DNA of 64,000 bases from Candidatus Omnitrophota bacterium (GTDB lineage Bacteria; Omnitrophota; Gorgyraeia; Gygaellales; Profunditerraquicolaceae), in contig JAQTQJ010000002.1 of NCBI GenBank assembly GCA_028712255.1, positions 86,846 to 150,845 of the forward strand, read 5' to 3'. The notes under the pieces are model-generated. The model was not told the DNA's origin and made no database searches. It worked only from the letters and a program-made list of their open reading frames with translations. Of this stretch, positions 17,312 to 27,180 are shown one piece after another. The first letter of the stretch is position 1; each line of letters begins with the position of its first letter. Position numbers and translations under genes: made by a program.

Positions 17312-18715
17312 TTAATTTGTGCATCCTACAGTTTGCGTTTTATCCCTGTCAAGATACCATAAATCAAGCCCTTTTTTATAGCCAAAGACAGATGTATCTA
17401 CCTTTGATTGGGAGTTTATTCCAAATTCCGGAAGGCCATATATATTATCTTTTTTAATAATTTTATGCTTTAGGATTATAAGGGAACCGATAATTTGAGC
17501 AGGCATACCCTTGCGCATTCCCTCTTGGTTATTTGCGTTACATATCGAAAGGTATTCGAGGTTTCCCGAAACAACACTAAGTATTTGAATCAAGATGGAT
17601 ATTGAAATAAGTGATATTAATATAAATCGAGTGATACCTCTTTTATGAAGGAAGACAAAAGCCGGTATTAACCATAGCGGAGCAGTTGGGACTAGGTATC
17701 TTGGGCCCCAGGACCAATTCCCATGCCAACCATACCAGGTAGAAGTCAGAAAAAAATTAATCAGAATAATAGAGAATAAAAAAATAGCTTCTTTTGGTGT
17801 TAATTTAAATAATTTGTAATAACCTAAGATCCCCAGGATAAACAAAGGGTTGTAAATGAATATTCCTTTATCAAGCCAATATAAGAGCTTGCCGGCATGT
17901 TGAAATATTCCCAATAAATAAAATTTTCCTGACTCTAATCCATATCCGAATTCAAAGATGTTGCCAAACCTCATATAATTTAATAGAAGAAGAAAAAATA
18001 AACCCAGTAGTGCTATTAATAGGAATATGGCTGGGCGTTTCAAGTTATCCTTTACATTCCCTTTATTTTTTATAAAAATGTATAAAATAAAAATAGGCAA
18101 GCAGCCAATGTAGAGGGCTTTTAATAAAAGCAGGTAGCAGAAGGATAATCCGCCTAGACTTAAGCTTTTGGGAGTATTTTTTAAAGTTAAGTATATGGAG
18201 AGGGTAAGAAAGAACATTTGCGTTACTTCAGAAAAATCCCAGATACTATAGCGCCAGCAGAAAGTCGCCAGTCCAAGCAATAAGGACATTATTAGAGAAT
18301 CTCTGTTTGAATTCGTGAAAAATTTAATAATATAGAACATTATAACGCAGGTACCTGCGCCAAAAAATATATTGTAGAAAGATAAAAAAAAATTTATCAG
18401 ATTATTCTGTGGCAGGCCTGTTAATGATGCTAAAAGATTAGCTGTAATAATATAGGGGATAAATAAAAAGGCTAGCCCCAATCCACTTCTGGAATAGTAT
18501 TTTCCGGTATCTATTGATTTAAAACAATGGCCTGGAAGACACTCTTCAATAGATAGGGAATGATTTGTAACAATTGCTTTGGCGGTTTGGATAGATGGGC
18601 AGGTATCTGTTATCTCAATACTACCTTTTACCGATAGAAAATATACTATAACAAATAAGGAAAATATTGAAATTACTATTTTTCTTTGATGATTCATTAT
18701 AATATTATAGGCCAT
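17312..18715 (-). CDS. polytopic membrane protein, possible GT-C-type glycosyltransferase
   Basis: ~12 predicted TM helices with large loops; no soluble domain. Confidence 0.4.
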   Translation of the reverse strand: MAYNIIMNHQRKIVISIFSLFVIVYFLSVKGSIEITDTCPSIQTAKAIVTNHSLSIEECLPGHCFKSIDTGKYYSRSGLGLAFLFIPYIITANLLASLTGLPQNNLINFFLSFYNIFFGAGTCVIMFYIIKFFTNSNRDSLIMSLLLGLATFCWRYSIWDFSEVTQMFFLTLSIYLTLKNTPKSLSLGGLSFCYLLLLKALYIGCLPIFILYIFIKNKGNVKDNLKRPAIFLLIALLGLFFLLLLNYMRFGNIFEFGYGLESGKFYLLGIFQHAGKLLYWLDKGIFIYNPLFILGILGYYKLFKLTPKEAIFLFSIILINFFLTSTWYGWHGNWSWGPRYLVPTAPLWLIPAFVFLHKRGITRFILISLISISILIQILSVVSGNLEYLSICNANNQEGMRKGMPAQIIGSLIILKHKIIKKDNIYGLPEFGINSQSKVDTSVFGYKKGLDLWYLDRDKTQTVGCTN

Positions 18716-18836
18716 AAAAAAAATATAAACAAGTCCAAAATCAAGGGGGGATGTCTTCTCTTATTTCAAAATAGCCTGGTAACAGTTTTTCTTAATGGTA
18801 TAATAAAAATATTGAACTTGCTAAAAAGGAGGGTAT

Positions 18837-19463
18837 ATGAAGAAGTTACTGCATATTATTGCTACACCACGCAGGGAGGAATCAAGGACTCTTAAGGTTA
18901 GTAGTTCTTTTCTTAAAGCTTTTACCGATAGCCATCCCGATTGGGAGGTAGAAGAATTTGATCTGGCAAAGGTGAAGTTGCCTGATTTGGCAGTAAAGCA
19001 GGTAAACGGGAAATACCTTCTTTTAAGCGGCAAGGATTTGACCGGCCCATTTAAGGCATCCTGGAAGGATATTTTAAAATATATCCAGCAGTTTCTGTCC
19101 GCTGACGGATACCTGCTTAGCACTCCCATGTGGAATTTTTCAATTCCGTATAAGTTAAAACATTATTTAGACGTAATTGTTCAACCTAAGTATCTTTTTC
19201 AATATACAAATACCGGTGTAGAAGGGTTGGTAAAAAATAAAAAGATGGTTGTTGTTGTTTCCAGAGGAGGAGATTATACATCAGAGCCCTTTACAAGCCG
19301 CGATCATCAGGAACCATATTTACGTTCAATTTTTGGATTTGTAGGGATCAGTGATATAAAATTTATTATCGCTCAACCGATGGATATGGGCAATGAGTTA
19401 CAGGAAAAAAGAATACAGGTTGCTCAAGGACTGGCAAAAGAAACCGCAAAAAATTTTGGATGA
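18837..19463 (+). CDS. azoR: FMN-dependent NADH-azoreductase / quinone reductase
   Basis: flavodoxin-like fold, LSTPMWNFSIPYKLKHYLD motif. Confidence 0.75.
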   Translation: MKKLLHIIATPRREESRTLKVSSSFLKAFTDSHPDWEVEEFDLAKVKLPDLAVKQVNGKYLLLSGKDLTGPFKASWKDILKYIQQFLSADGYLLSTPMWNFSIPYKLKHYLDVIVQPKYLFQYTNTGVEGLVKNKKMVVVVSRGGDYTSEPFTSRDHQEPYLRSIFGFVGISDIKFIIAQPMDMGNELQEKRIQVAQGLAKETAKNFG

Positions 19464-19469
19464 AATAAT

Positions 19470-19521
19470 GGGACCGTTTCTATTTTTCTCGAGCCTAATC
19501 TAAAAAAATAGAAACGGTCCC
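19470..19521. repeat. perfect 18-bp-stem hairpin GGGACCGTTTCTATTTTT-N16-AAAAATAGAAACGGTCCC (copy 1, followed by T-run; likely terminator)
   Basis: identical stems recur at 41660-41705. Confidence 0.6.
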
Positions 19522-19540
19522 ATTATTTCATTATTTTTTG

Positions 19541-19610
19541 TTGACATTGTATGCTATACGCATATAATAATATACAAATAGATATAACTATATGCATATA
19601 GCATACAATG
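19541..19610 (+). promoter_or_regulatory. sigma70-like promoter (TTGACA 19541-46, TATAAT 19563-68) overlapped by a 20-bp inverted-repeat operator
   Basis: arms TTGTATGCTATACGCATATA (19547-66) and TATATGCATATAGCATACAA (19589-19608), 19/20 complementary, right arm overlapping the HTH ORF start codon. Confidence 0.5.
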
Positions 19611-21179
19611 ATAAAACACATGAAAATCCTGAATAAAAATACAGTAAGGCTGCTTAAGCTTTTTTATGAGCATCCCGAAGGCCAATTTTATATCCAGGAG
19701 ATTGGCCGTCTATTAGGGAAGAAGCCTGGGGTATTCCAGAGGGCCTTGAATAATCTCCATAAAGATGGTTTGCTTTTGAGTGAATATAAGGCTAACGCCA
19801 GGTTTTTTAGGATTAACAAAAATTATTATATATATAATGAGTTAAAAAGTATTATAGAGAAGTCAGTAAAAATCTGTCTGATTATAACGGCATTTTTATT
19901 CTGTACTAATTTTTTATATGCCGGCCAGAAAAATTTTACCCTTAATGACGCCATTCAGATTGCATATAAAAGTAATAAAGATATTCAGATGCAAGAGCAG
20001 GAAATTACCGTTGCTAGCGCCAATATAGTAGAGGCCGCCAGCGTTTTCTATCCACAATTAAATTTAAAAGCTGTTTATACCCATAACAAAGCGGTACTTG
20101 ATGAAAATATTTTTTCCGGATATATCAATGATAATTTAATCCAACTTAATGCTACTCAGTCAGTTTATAGCGGAGGGGCAAATATGGCTACTTTTAAACA
20201 AGCCAAACTTTCTCTGGATGCGCAGAAGGAAACCCTGCGCGCTAAAAAGATGGATATTGAATTTGAAGCCAAGCGGCTTTATTACGGCCTCTTGCTTGCA
20301 TATGAAACAGAGCGTATTGCCAAAGATGCATTGAATCAGGCAATTGCGCATTATGAAAACGTAAAACAAATGTATAAACACGGCACAGTATCACGATTTG
20401 ATATGTTGCAATCCGGAGTCCAGGTTTCTTTACTTGAGCCGGATGTTGTAAAAGCAAAAAATGAAATCGATTCCCTGAAAGCAGACTTAAATAAGCTGCT
20501 GGGTTTAAAAATAGATTCTCCAATACAGCCTGAAGAAAAATTGACATATACTTTTATCGGAATAAAAGAAAATGAGTTTTTAAAAATTGCTTATCTTGAC
20601 CGCCCGGAGATGAAATTAAAATCTTTAGGCATCGATATCGATAACTGGGAAATTCAGATGGCTAGATCCGGATACCGGCCGACGGTTGATCTTTTGGTAG
20701 GTTACTCTGCCCGGTCAAATAATTTGGGCAATATATTGGAGAAAAGGCAAAGGAATTGGAATGCCGGTGTATCAGTAAATATTCCGATTTTTGAAGGGTT
20801 TTCAACCCGCGCTAAAGTTGACGCGGCTAAAGCTAAATATACGCAAGCAAAAATCGATAAGGATAATTTGGTTGACCAGATTGCCGTAGATGTACGTAAG
20901 GCATGCCTTAACCTTAGAGAATCTGCCTCAATTATCCAGTCTCAGAAAGATAATCTGGCCGAGGCAAAAGAAGCCTTAAGAATTTCCGAAGTAAGTTATG
21001 CTAATGGCGTGGCTATCAATTTAGATGTTTTGGATTCTCAAGTTTCGCTTGCCCAAATACAAAGAAACCTGGCGTCGGGTATTTATGATTATTTAATGGC
21101 ACAGGCTTATCTTGACCGTAGTATCGGTAAGTCTATAATCAGGGAAGCTTCACTAGATAAAGGAAACACCCCGCGCTAA
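19608..21179 (+). CDS. TolC-family outer-membrane efflux protein carrying an anomalous in-frame N-terminal ~85-aa winged-helix (HTH) domain
   Basis: residues 1-85 HTH-like; residues ~88-107 KICLIITAFLFCTNFLYA look like a signal peptide; remainder two-repeat TolC. No canonical start codon separates the two parts. Confidence 0.6.
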   Translation: MIKHMKILNKNTVRLLKLFYEHPEGQFYIQEIGRLLGKKPGVFQRALNNLHKDGLLLSEYKANARFFRINKNYYIYNELKSIIEKSVKICLIITAFLFCTNFLYAGQKNFTLNDAIQIAYKSNKDIQMQEQEITVASANIVEAASVFYPQLNLKAVYTHNKAVLDENIFSGYINDNLIQLNATQSVYSGGANMATFKQAKLSLDAQKETLRAKKMDIEFEAKRLYYGLLLAYETERIAKDALNQAIAHYENVKQMYKHGTVSRFDMLQSGVQVSLLEPDVVKAKNEIDSLKADLNKLLGLKIDSPIQPEEKLTYTFIGIKENEFLKIAYLDRPEMKLKSLGIDIDNWEIQMARSGYRPTVDLLVGYSARSNNLGNILEKRQRNWNAGVSVNIPIFEGFSTRAKVDAAKAKYTQAKIDKDNLVDQIAVDVRKACLNLRESASIIQSQKDNLAEAKEALRISEVSYANGVAINLDVLDSQVSLAQIQRNLASGIYDYLMAQAYLDRSIGKSIIREASLDKGNTPR

Positions 21180-21222
21180 GTGGAATTGCGCGGGTGTGCC
21201 CTTATGGGCTAGGAGACAAAAG

Positions 21223-22053
21223 ATGAAAAAAAGAATTAAATTTATTATTCTGGTGTTATTAGTTTTTATTGTTGGTGTAATTTCAATGCTTTATTATCTA
21301 AAAGAAAGAAACCATAGTAATGTTATAAAAGTATCTGGAAATATCGAAGGAGACCAGGTGCGAATTTCTTTCCGTGTGGATGGGCAGGTAGTTGAATTAC
21401 TTACCGATGAAGGAGAAGTTGTGAAGAAAGGAGATATAGTTGCTCGCTTAAATAAAGATGAGTTAACTAAGGAAAGAGATAATGCTGCGGCGTCGCTTAA
21501 GGCTGGACAATTCGATTATGAACTTGCCAAGATTGATTACCAAAGATCTAAAAATTTATTTAAAGAGGGGGCTGTTTCTGCGCAGAAGAGGGATCAGGAT
21601 AAAACCAGTAATGATGCAAGCTTGGCAAAGGTAGAACAACTGAAGGCTTCTTTAGATTTAGCTCAGACCCGCCTTGATTTTACAGAATTGGCTTCGCCTT
21701 TGGATGGGTTTATCTTGGTGAAGAGTAGCCTGGCCGGTGAGGTGGTCAAGGCTGGTACTCCTGTATTTACCGCAGTTGATCTTCATGATATCTGGGTTAC
21801 TGCTTATATTAATGAGAGGGACTTAGGGAGGGTAAAGCTTGGACAACATGCGGATGTGCTAACCGATACTTTCCCAGGCAAAAAATACAGCGGGCGGGTT
21901 TCGTTTATTTCTAGCCAAGCAGAGTTTACTCCTAAGTTTATTCAGACTCAGGAGGAAAGGGTAAAATTAGTTTATCGTATTAAGGTTACAGTAGATAATT
22001 CTAGCCTTGAGTTAAAACCCGGGATGCCGGCGGATGCTTACATAATCGAATAA
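21223..22053 (+). CDS. HlyD-family membrane fusion (periplasmic adaptor) protein
   Basis: TM anchor, coiled-coil, barrel-sandwich; AGGAG RBS before ATG 21223 (track start 21196 is GTG). Confidence 0.75.
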   Translation: MKKRIKFIILVLLVFIVGVISMLYYLKERNHSNVIKVSGNIEGDQVRISFRVDGQVVELLTDEGEVVKKGDIVARLNKDELTKERDNAAASLKAGQFDYELAKIDYQRSKNLFKEGAVSAQKRDQDKTSNDASLAKVEQLKASLDLAQTRLDFTELASPLDGFILVKSSLAGEVVKAGTPVFTAVDLHDIWVTAYINERDLGRVKLGQHADVLTDTFPGKKYSGRVSFISSQAEFTPKFIQTQEERVKLVYRIKVTVDNSSLELKPGMPADAYIIE

Positions 22054-22055
22054 AA

Positions 22056-22796
22056 ATGATTACTATTAAAGCTGATGGATTAACTAGAAAATTCGCTTCT
22101 CTTGTTGCCGTTGATAATCTAAATCTTCAAGTAGAGGAGGGAGAGATTTTTGGTTTAGTTGGACCGGATGGGGCAGGGAAATCCACGACTATGCGTTTAT
22201 TAACTAGTATACTCGACCCGACTACCGGAGAAGCTTGGGTCTATAACAAACATACCGTAAAAGAAGCAGAAGAGCTTAAGGAGTGTATTGCTTATATGTC
22301 TCAGCGCTTTGGCCTTTATGAAGAATTAACCGTAATCGAAAATATTAATTTTTACGCTGATGTTTATGGGGTTGCTAAAAATAAACGCCAGGATTCTATT
22401 GAGCGATTGCTTAGTTTTTCCGGATTGATACCTTTTAAAGAGCGTCTTGCAGGGAAACTTTCCGGGGGGATGAAACAAAAATTAGGGCTTGCCTGTTCTT
22501 TAATTCATACCCCTAAAGTTTTATTTTTAGATGAGCCTACCAACGGAGTCGATCCGGTTTCAAGGCGTGATTTTTGGAAGATCCTTTATGATCTTTTAAA
22601 AGAGAAGGTAACCATTTTTTGTTCCACTTGTTATCTTGATGAAGCCGAGCGTTGCCACCGGGTTGGCCTAATGCATAAAGGAAAACTATTGCGTTGTGAA
22701 AGCCCTGAGGCCATTAAAAATGAATGTAATGTCAAGACACTAGAAGAAGCATTTATTTCCATAATTAAAGAATATGAATCAAAACAATCAAAATAA
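22056..22796 (+). CDS. ABC transporter ATP-binding protein (first ATPase of YbhF/YhiH-like pair)
   Basis: Walker A GPDGAGKST, signature LSGGMKQK, Walker B LFLDEP. Confidence 0.8.
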   Translation: MITIKADGLTRKFASLVAVDNLNLQVEEGEIFGLVGPDGAGKSTTMRLLTSILDPTTGEAWVYNKHTVKEAEELKECIAYMSQRFGLYEELTVIENINFYADVYGVAKNKRQDSIERLLSFSGLIPFKERLAGKLSGGMKQKLGLACSLIHTPKVLFLDEPTNGVDPVSRRDFWKILYDLLKEKVTIFCSTCYLDEAERCHRVGLMHKGKLLRCESPEAIKNECNVKTLEEAFISIIKEYESKQSK

Positions 22797-23739
22797 TATT
22801 GCTGTGAGCGTTCAGAATCTTGAAAAGAAATTTGGCGCCTTTGTTGCGGTTAATAAAATTAATTTTGAGGTTAAACAGGGTGAAGTATATGGATTTTTGG
22901 GGCCAAACGGGGCTGGAAAATCCACAACTATCAGGATGCTTTGTGGAATTATTTCTCCTACCAGTGGCTCCGGCAAGGTAGGAGGTTATGACATTATAAG
23001 AGAACAAAATAAAATTAAGGAGCATATAGGGTATATGTCGCAGAAATTTTCTCTTTATAACGATTTGACTATAGAAGAAAATATTAATTTCTATAGCGGC
23101 ATATATAAGATTCCGAAAAAAGAAAAAAAAGCGCGATTCGATGAGGTTATTCAGGCTGCGGGCTTAGAAGGAATGCAAAATAACCTGACCGCTACTCTTG
23201 CCGGCGGGTGGAAGCAGCGTCTAGCCTTAGGGTGCGCACTTTTGCATAAACCAAAAATCCTATTTCTTGATGAGCCTACTTCAGGAGTTGACCCGATAAC
23301 CCGCGCTAATTTCTGGGGGATTATCAAAAAGTTGGCTTACGACGGAGTAACAGTATTTGTTACAACGCATTATATGGATGAAGCGGAGAATTGTAACCGC
23401 ATGGTTTTAATTTATCATGGGACAATTATTGCATCTGGTACGCCTCAGGAGATGAAGACCAATTGTATGAAAAATGAAGTTTTTGAAATCGTATTGCCTG
23501 ATTCTCAGGAGTGGCTGGAAAAAATAAGTAAACTTGATGGGATTAAGGATGCGGCGCTTTTTGGGTCAAATATACATGTTGTTGTTTTTGACAGCTCCAA
23601 GGCGGTCTTTGCCATAAAAGAATTTTTACAAAAAGAAAAAATCGAAAAATCCAGCGTTAATAAAATCACCCCGACATTAGAAGATGTATTTGTTTCTTCA
23701 ATTGAGGAATATGACCGGACAGAGCCTAAAAAGAATTAA
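22774..23739 (+). CDS. ABC transporter ATP-binding protein (second ATPase, with C-terminal extension)
   Basis: GPNGAGKST, LAGGWKQR, LFLDEP. Confidence 0.8.
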   Translation: MNQNNQNNIAVSVQNLEKKFGAFVAVNKINFEVKQGEVYGFLGPNGAGKSTTIRMLCGIISPTSGSGKVGGYDIIREQNKIKEHIGYMSQKFSLYNDLTIEENINFYSGIYKIPKKEKKARFDEVIQAAGLEGMQNNLTATLAGGWKQRLALGCALLHKPKILFLDEPTSGVDPITRANFWGIIKKLAYDGVTVFVTTHYMDEAENCNRMVLIYHGTIIASGTPQEMKTNCMKNEVFEIVLPDSQEWLEKISKLDGIKDAALFGSNIHVVVFDSSKAVFAIKEFLQKEKIEKSSVNKITPTLEDVFVSSIEEYDRTEPKKN

Positions 23740-24853
23740 GGCGGTAGCCTGGAAGGAATTCATTCAGATTAAGCGCGATGTGCGCAGTTTGGGATTAGCT
23801 ATTGCTATTCCCGTATTTATGCTTTTGATTTTCGGTTATGGGCTTTCCCTTGATATTGACCATGTACGCACTCTTATCTGGAACCAGGATGCCTCTTCGC
23901 AGCTTACCACTAATTTTTTACTTAATTTTAAAAATTCAAAATATTTTAATATAGTGGGTTATACCGATAACTACCGGGATATTACACGTAAAATTGATAA
24001 TGGTAAAATCATGATGGCCTTGGTTATCCCTAAGGATTTTTCGCATTTTATTGAGTCCGGTAAGATTGCTCCTTTACAGTTAATCGTAGATGGTAGTGAT
24101 GCCAATACCGCCTTAATTGCTTTGGGCTATGTGCGCTCGGTTGTTGCAAATTATAATGTGGAACTTTTAACGCAAGCCTTTTCCAGCCATGGGCTGAATC
24201 CGGTTAAATCCGTAGATGCTCATACCCGGGTTTGGTTTAATATGGGCTTAACCAGTACCTGGTTTATTATTCCGGGAGTTATCGCAATGATCATTATGAT
24301 TATTTCAGCGCTGCTTATTTCTATTACCATTGCCAGGGAATGGGAGAGGGGAACGATGGAGCAATTAATTTCCACTCCGGTAAAGGGGCCGGAGCTAATC
24401 ATTGGCAAATTAATACCGTATTTTATGATCGCGTTTTTTGACCTTCTGGTGGGAGTATTGATGGCAAGGTTTCTATTCGGGGTGCCTTTTAGGGGAAATT
24501 ATTTTCTCCTGCTAGGCTTGAGTTCTTTGTTTTTAATCGGTGCCCTGTCGCAAGGAATTTTGATTTCTGTTAATTCTAAAACTCAGCTTATGGCTACCCA
24601 GCTTGCCAGCCTTTCTACGCTTATACCGACGATGTTGTTATCCGGATTTATCTATCCGATTTTTAATATGCCCAAGTTTGTCCAGGCAATTACCTATTTG
24701 ATCCCGGCGCGTTATTATATTGTCGTATTAAGGGATTTATTTTTAAAGGGAAACGGCATCAATACTATTTGGGATGAGGCGCTTTTTCTTCTATTATTTG
24801 CTTTTGCTATGTTCATGCTTGCGATAAGGAAATTTAAGAAAAAGGTAGCGTAA
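23684..24853 (+). CDS. ABC-2 type permease
   Basis: 6 TM, ABC2_membrane architecture with large periplasmic loop. Confidence 0.75.
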   Translation: MYLFLQLRNMTGQSLKRIKAVAWKEFIQIKRDVRSLGLAIAIPVFMLLIFGYGLSLDIDHVRTLIWNQDASSQLTTNFLLNFKNSKYFNIVGYTDNYRDITRKIDNGKIMMALVIPKDFSHFIESGKIAPLQLIVDGSDANTALIALGYVRSVVANYNVELLTQAFSSHGLNPVKSVDAHTRVWFNMGLTSTWFIIPGVIAMIIMIISALLISITIAREWERGTMEQLISTPVKGPELIIGKLIPYFMIAFFDLLVGVLMARFLFGVPFRGNYFLLLGLSSLFLIGALSQGILISVNSKTQLMATQLASLSTLIPTMLLSGFIYPIFNMPKFVQAITYLIPARYYIVVLRDLFLKGNGINTIWDEALFLLLFAFAMFMLAIRKFKKKVA

Positions 24854-24866
24854 GGTTTATTAGTTG

Positions 24867-24953
24867 TGTCATTGCGACCCTGAGCGAAGCGAAGGGGAAG
24901 CAATCTTAAGGCATAGATTGCTTCGTCGGGCTTGGCCCTCCTCGCAATGACAC
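24867..24953. repeat. nested palindromic intergenic element (family A: GTGTCATTGCGA...GAAGCAATC | GATTGCTTC...TCGCAATGACAC)
   Basis: 12-bp outer and 10-bp inner perfectly complementary arms; right half is the exact reverse complement of the left half of the copy at 31415. Confidence 0.7.
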
Positions 24954-24972
24954 ATAGAGAATAAGGAGCTTA

Positions 24973-26100
24973 ATGTTTGAGCGTGCACGCGCGATCCTGA
25001 TAAAAGAGTTTAAACAAATTTTCCGTGATTCGCGGATGAAAACGATAATTTTTATCTCTCCGCTTATACAGATAGTCTTATTTGGTTATTCCGCAAATAA
25101 AGATATTACTTATGTGCCTACCGCAATTTACGATCGAGATAATACTTCAGAGAGTAGGGATCTTTTGCGCAAGTTCACATATTCTAAATATTTTGTCCCG
25201 GAGCATTATATTTTTAGCGATAAAGAGCAGGATCTTATGTTAGATAAGGGTTTAGTTAATACGGTTATCCGTATCGACCGCGGATTCGGCCGCGATCTCA
25301 ATGCCGGTAAAGACGCCAATATTCAATTAGTTTTTGACGGTACGGATTCAAACACAGCCATGGTTGTTATGGGTTATGCTAATACGATTATAAGCGATTA
25401 TCAACAAAACTTACTTAAGAATGAAGCGGAGGCAGCCGGGTTCTTAAACACTGTTCCCAGCGTAAAACTTCAGGACCGCGCCTGGTTCAATGGTAATCTT
25501 ATTTCAAGGAACTATTATTTACCCGGGGTAATCGCTACTATTGTTACGATGATGTCTCTTATGTTGACTGCCATGGCTATCGTTAAAGAAAAGGAAATTG
25601 GTACTATGGAGCAATTGACAGTTAGTCCATTGCGGCCGCTTGAACTTATTATAGGAAAGTTGCTGCCTTTTGGTTTAATTGCGCTTATTCAGGTTCTTCT
25701 AATTACCATATTGGGGGTGTTCTGGTTTAGTATACCTTTAAGGGGGAATGTTTTATTTTTATTATTTTCTACCTGCATATATTTATTTACTACTTTAGGA
25801 ATTGGTTTATTTATTTCGACGATATCCTCCACTCAACAGGAAGCGAATATGGCGGTTTTCCTTTTTTATTTACCTACAGTTTTACTTTCCGGATTTGCCT
25901 ATCCGATTGCCAATATGCCGCAAATTATTCAATGGTTTACGATTTTTAATCCTATGCGTTATTTTATGGTGGTTATCAGAAGTATCTTTTTAAAAGGCGT
26001 AGGTATGGATGTTCTTTGGCCACAATTGTTGCCGTTATTAATTATCGGTTTAACCGTTATTAGCTTGAGCGCTTTGCGGTTCAGGAGAAAACTTACTTGA
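24973..26100 (+). CDS. ABC-2 type permease (paralog)
   Basis: paralogous to 23684-24853. Confidence 0.75.
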   Translation: MFERARAILIKEFKQIFRDSRMKTIIFISPLIQIVLFGYSANKDITYVPTAIYDRDNTSESRDLLRKFTYSKYFVPEHYIFSDKEQDLMLDKGLVNTVIRIDRGFGRDLNAGKDANIQLVFDGTDSNTAMVVMGYANTIISDYQQNLLKNEAEAAGFLNTVPSVKLQDRAWFNGNLISRNYYLPGVIATIVTMMSLMLTAMAIVKEKEIGTMEQLTVSPLRPLELIIGKLLPFGLIALIQVLLITILGVFWFSIPLRGNVLFLLFSTCIYLFTTLGIGLFISTISSTQQEANMAVFLFYLPTVLLSGFAYPIANMPQIIQWFTIFNPMRYFMVVIRSIFLKGVGMDVLWPQLLPLLIIGLTVISLSALRFRRKLT

Positions 26101-26507
26101 TGAAGGGTAAGATTGATTTAATTATCGCCGCTATAATTTCTCTTCTTTTTATCTTTGCGAATATATATGCAGTCAGGAAGATATTTGACTATGGCACACA
26201 AGTTTACCTGTATGATAAACTACTAGTTGCTTATCAGGTAGGAGGCAGGTCGGCTCTTGTTAATGAGTTAGACAGGGTACTTTCAGAAGATAAACTGCAT
26301 CAAGAGCTGGTATCTGCTGAACGTTTCAAAAAAAACCTTATTAATATCAATGATCCTGAGAAATATTTAAAAAATATTTCAGCAAAGAAAAAGTTAAAAA
26401 TTAATCAATTAAGAAATATGCGTAGTGCGGTCTTTATTTTACTTCTACTAATTTTCTTAATAAGGATTATAATAAAAAGAAAAAGCATAAAATTTATATC
26501 TGTATAA
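26097..26507 (+). CDS. hypothetical two-TM protein
   Basis: ATGA overlap with upstream gene; no domain recognised. Confidence 0.4.
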   Translation: MMKGKIDLIIAAIISLLFIFANIYAVRKIFDYGTQVYLYDKLLVAYQVGGRSALVNELDRVLSEDKLHQELVSAERFKKNLININDPEKYLKNISAKKKLKINQLRNMRSAVFILLLLIFLIRIIIKRKSIKFISV

Positions 26508-26523
26508 TTACAAGGGAGGATCA

Positions 26524-27177
26524 GTGAAGAAATTTTTATGGATTTTTATATCTACGCTAATGTTTTTAGTCGCAGCACTTAATTTTTTTATTTATCAGTA
26601 CCGTCTTAACGATACTTTTAACCGAACTCGACAACGGCTAATCTCCATTGCTTCTAATGTCGTCCTTTCCATAGACGCACAGGAGGTTTTAAAAATACCG
26701 CTAGAGCAAAGAAGCGAAGGCACTCCGGAATATCTGGCTATTTATTATAAATTAGAAGAGATTAAAAATAAAAATTTACCCTTTGTAAAATATATTTACA
26801 TTATGACTACAACAGTGAAGCCGGGAATTTTACAATATGTAGTTGATGCTGATCCTGTCCCGCAGATAATAACAGCAAGGTGTCCTACGTCTCTACCTGG
26901 TGATAAATACGATGCCCGCCAGCTCCCTGAGATGCTGGAAGCTTATAATGCTCCTACTGCGGATAGAAAAATTACAACTGATGCGTGGGGTACATTTATT
27001 TCAGGATATGCACCTATTCGCGATACCACTGGAGTGACTATTGCGATACTGGGCGTAGATAGCGATGGTACTTCTATACAGATTATGCAAAAAAGTACCA
27101 AGACGCGCGGAATAATTGTATTATTTACAGGTTTACTATTTATTATTTCGTTTACGACTTTAATAAAATATCATTAA
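26524..27177 (+). CDS. stand-alone TM-Cache-like periplasmic sensor domain-TM protein with no cytoplasmic output domain
   Basis: periplasmic segment ends in DAWGTFISGYAPIRDTTGVTIAILGVDSD, typical of Cache domains, resembling the N-terminus of the histidine kinase at 49321. Confidence 0.45.
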   Translation: MKKFLWIFISTLMFLVAALNFFIYQYRLNDTFNRTRQRLISIASNVVLSIDAQEVLKIPLEQRSEGTPEYLAIYYKLEEIKNKNLPFVKYIYIMTTTVKPGILQYVVDADPVPQIITARCPTSLPGDKYDARQLPEMLEAYNAPTADRKITTDAWGTFISGYAPIRDTTGVTIAILGVDSDGTSIQIMQKSTKTRGIIVLFTGLLFIISFTTLIKYH

Positions 27178-27180
27178 TTT

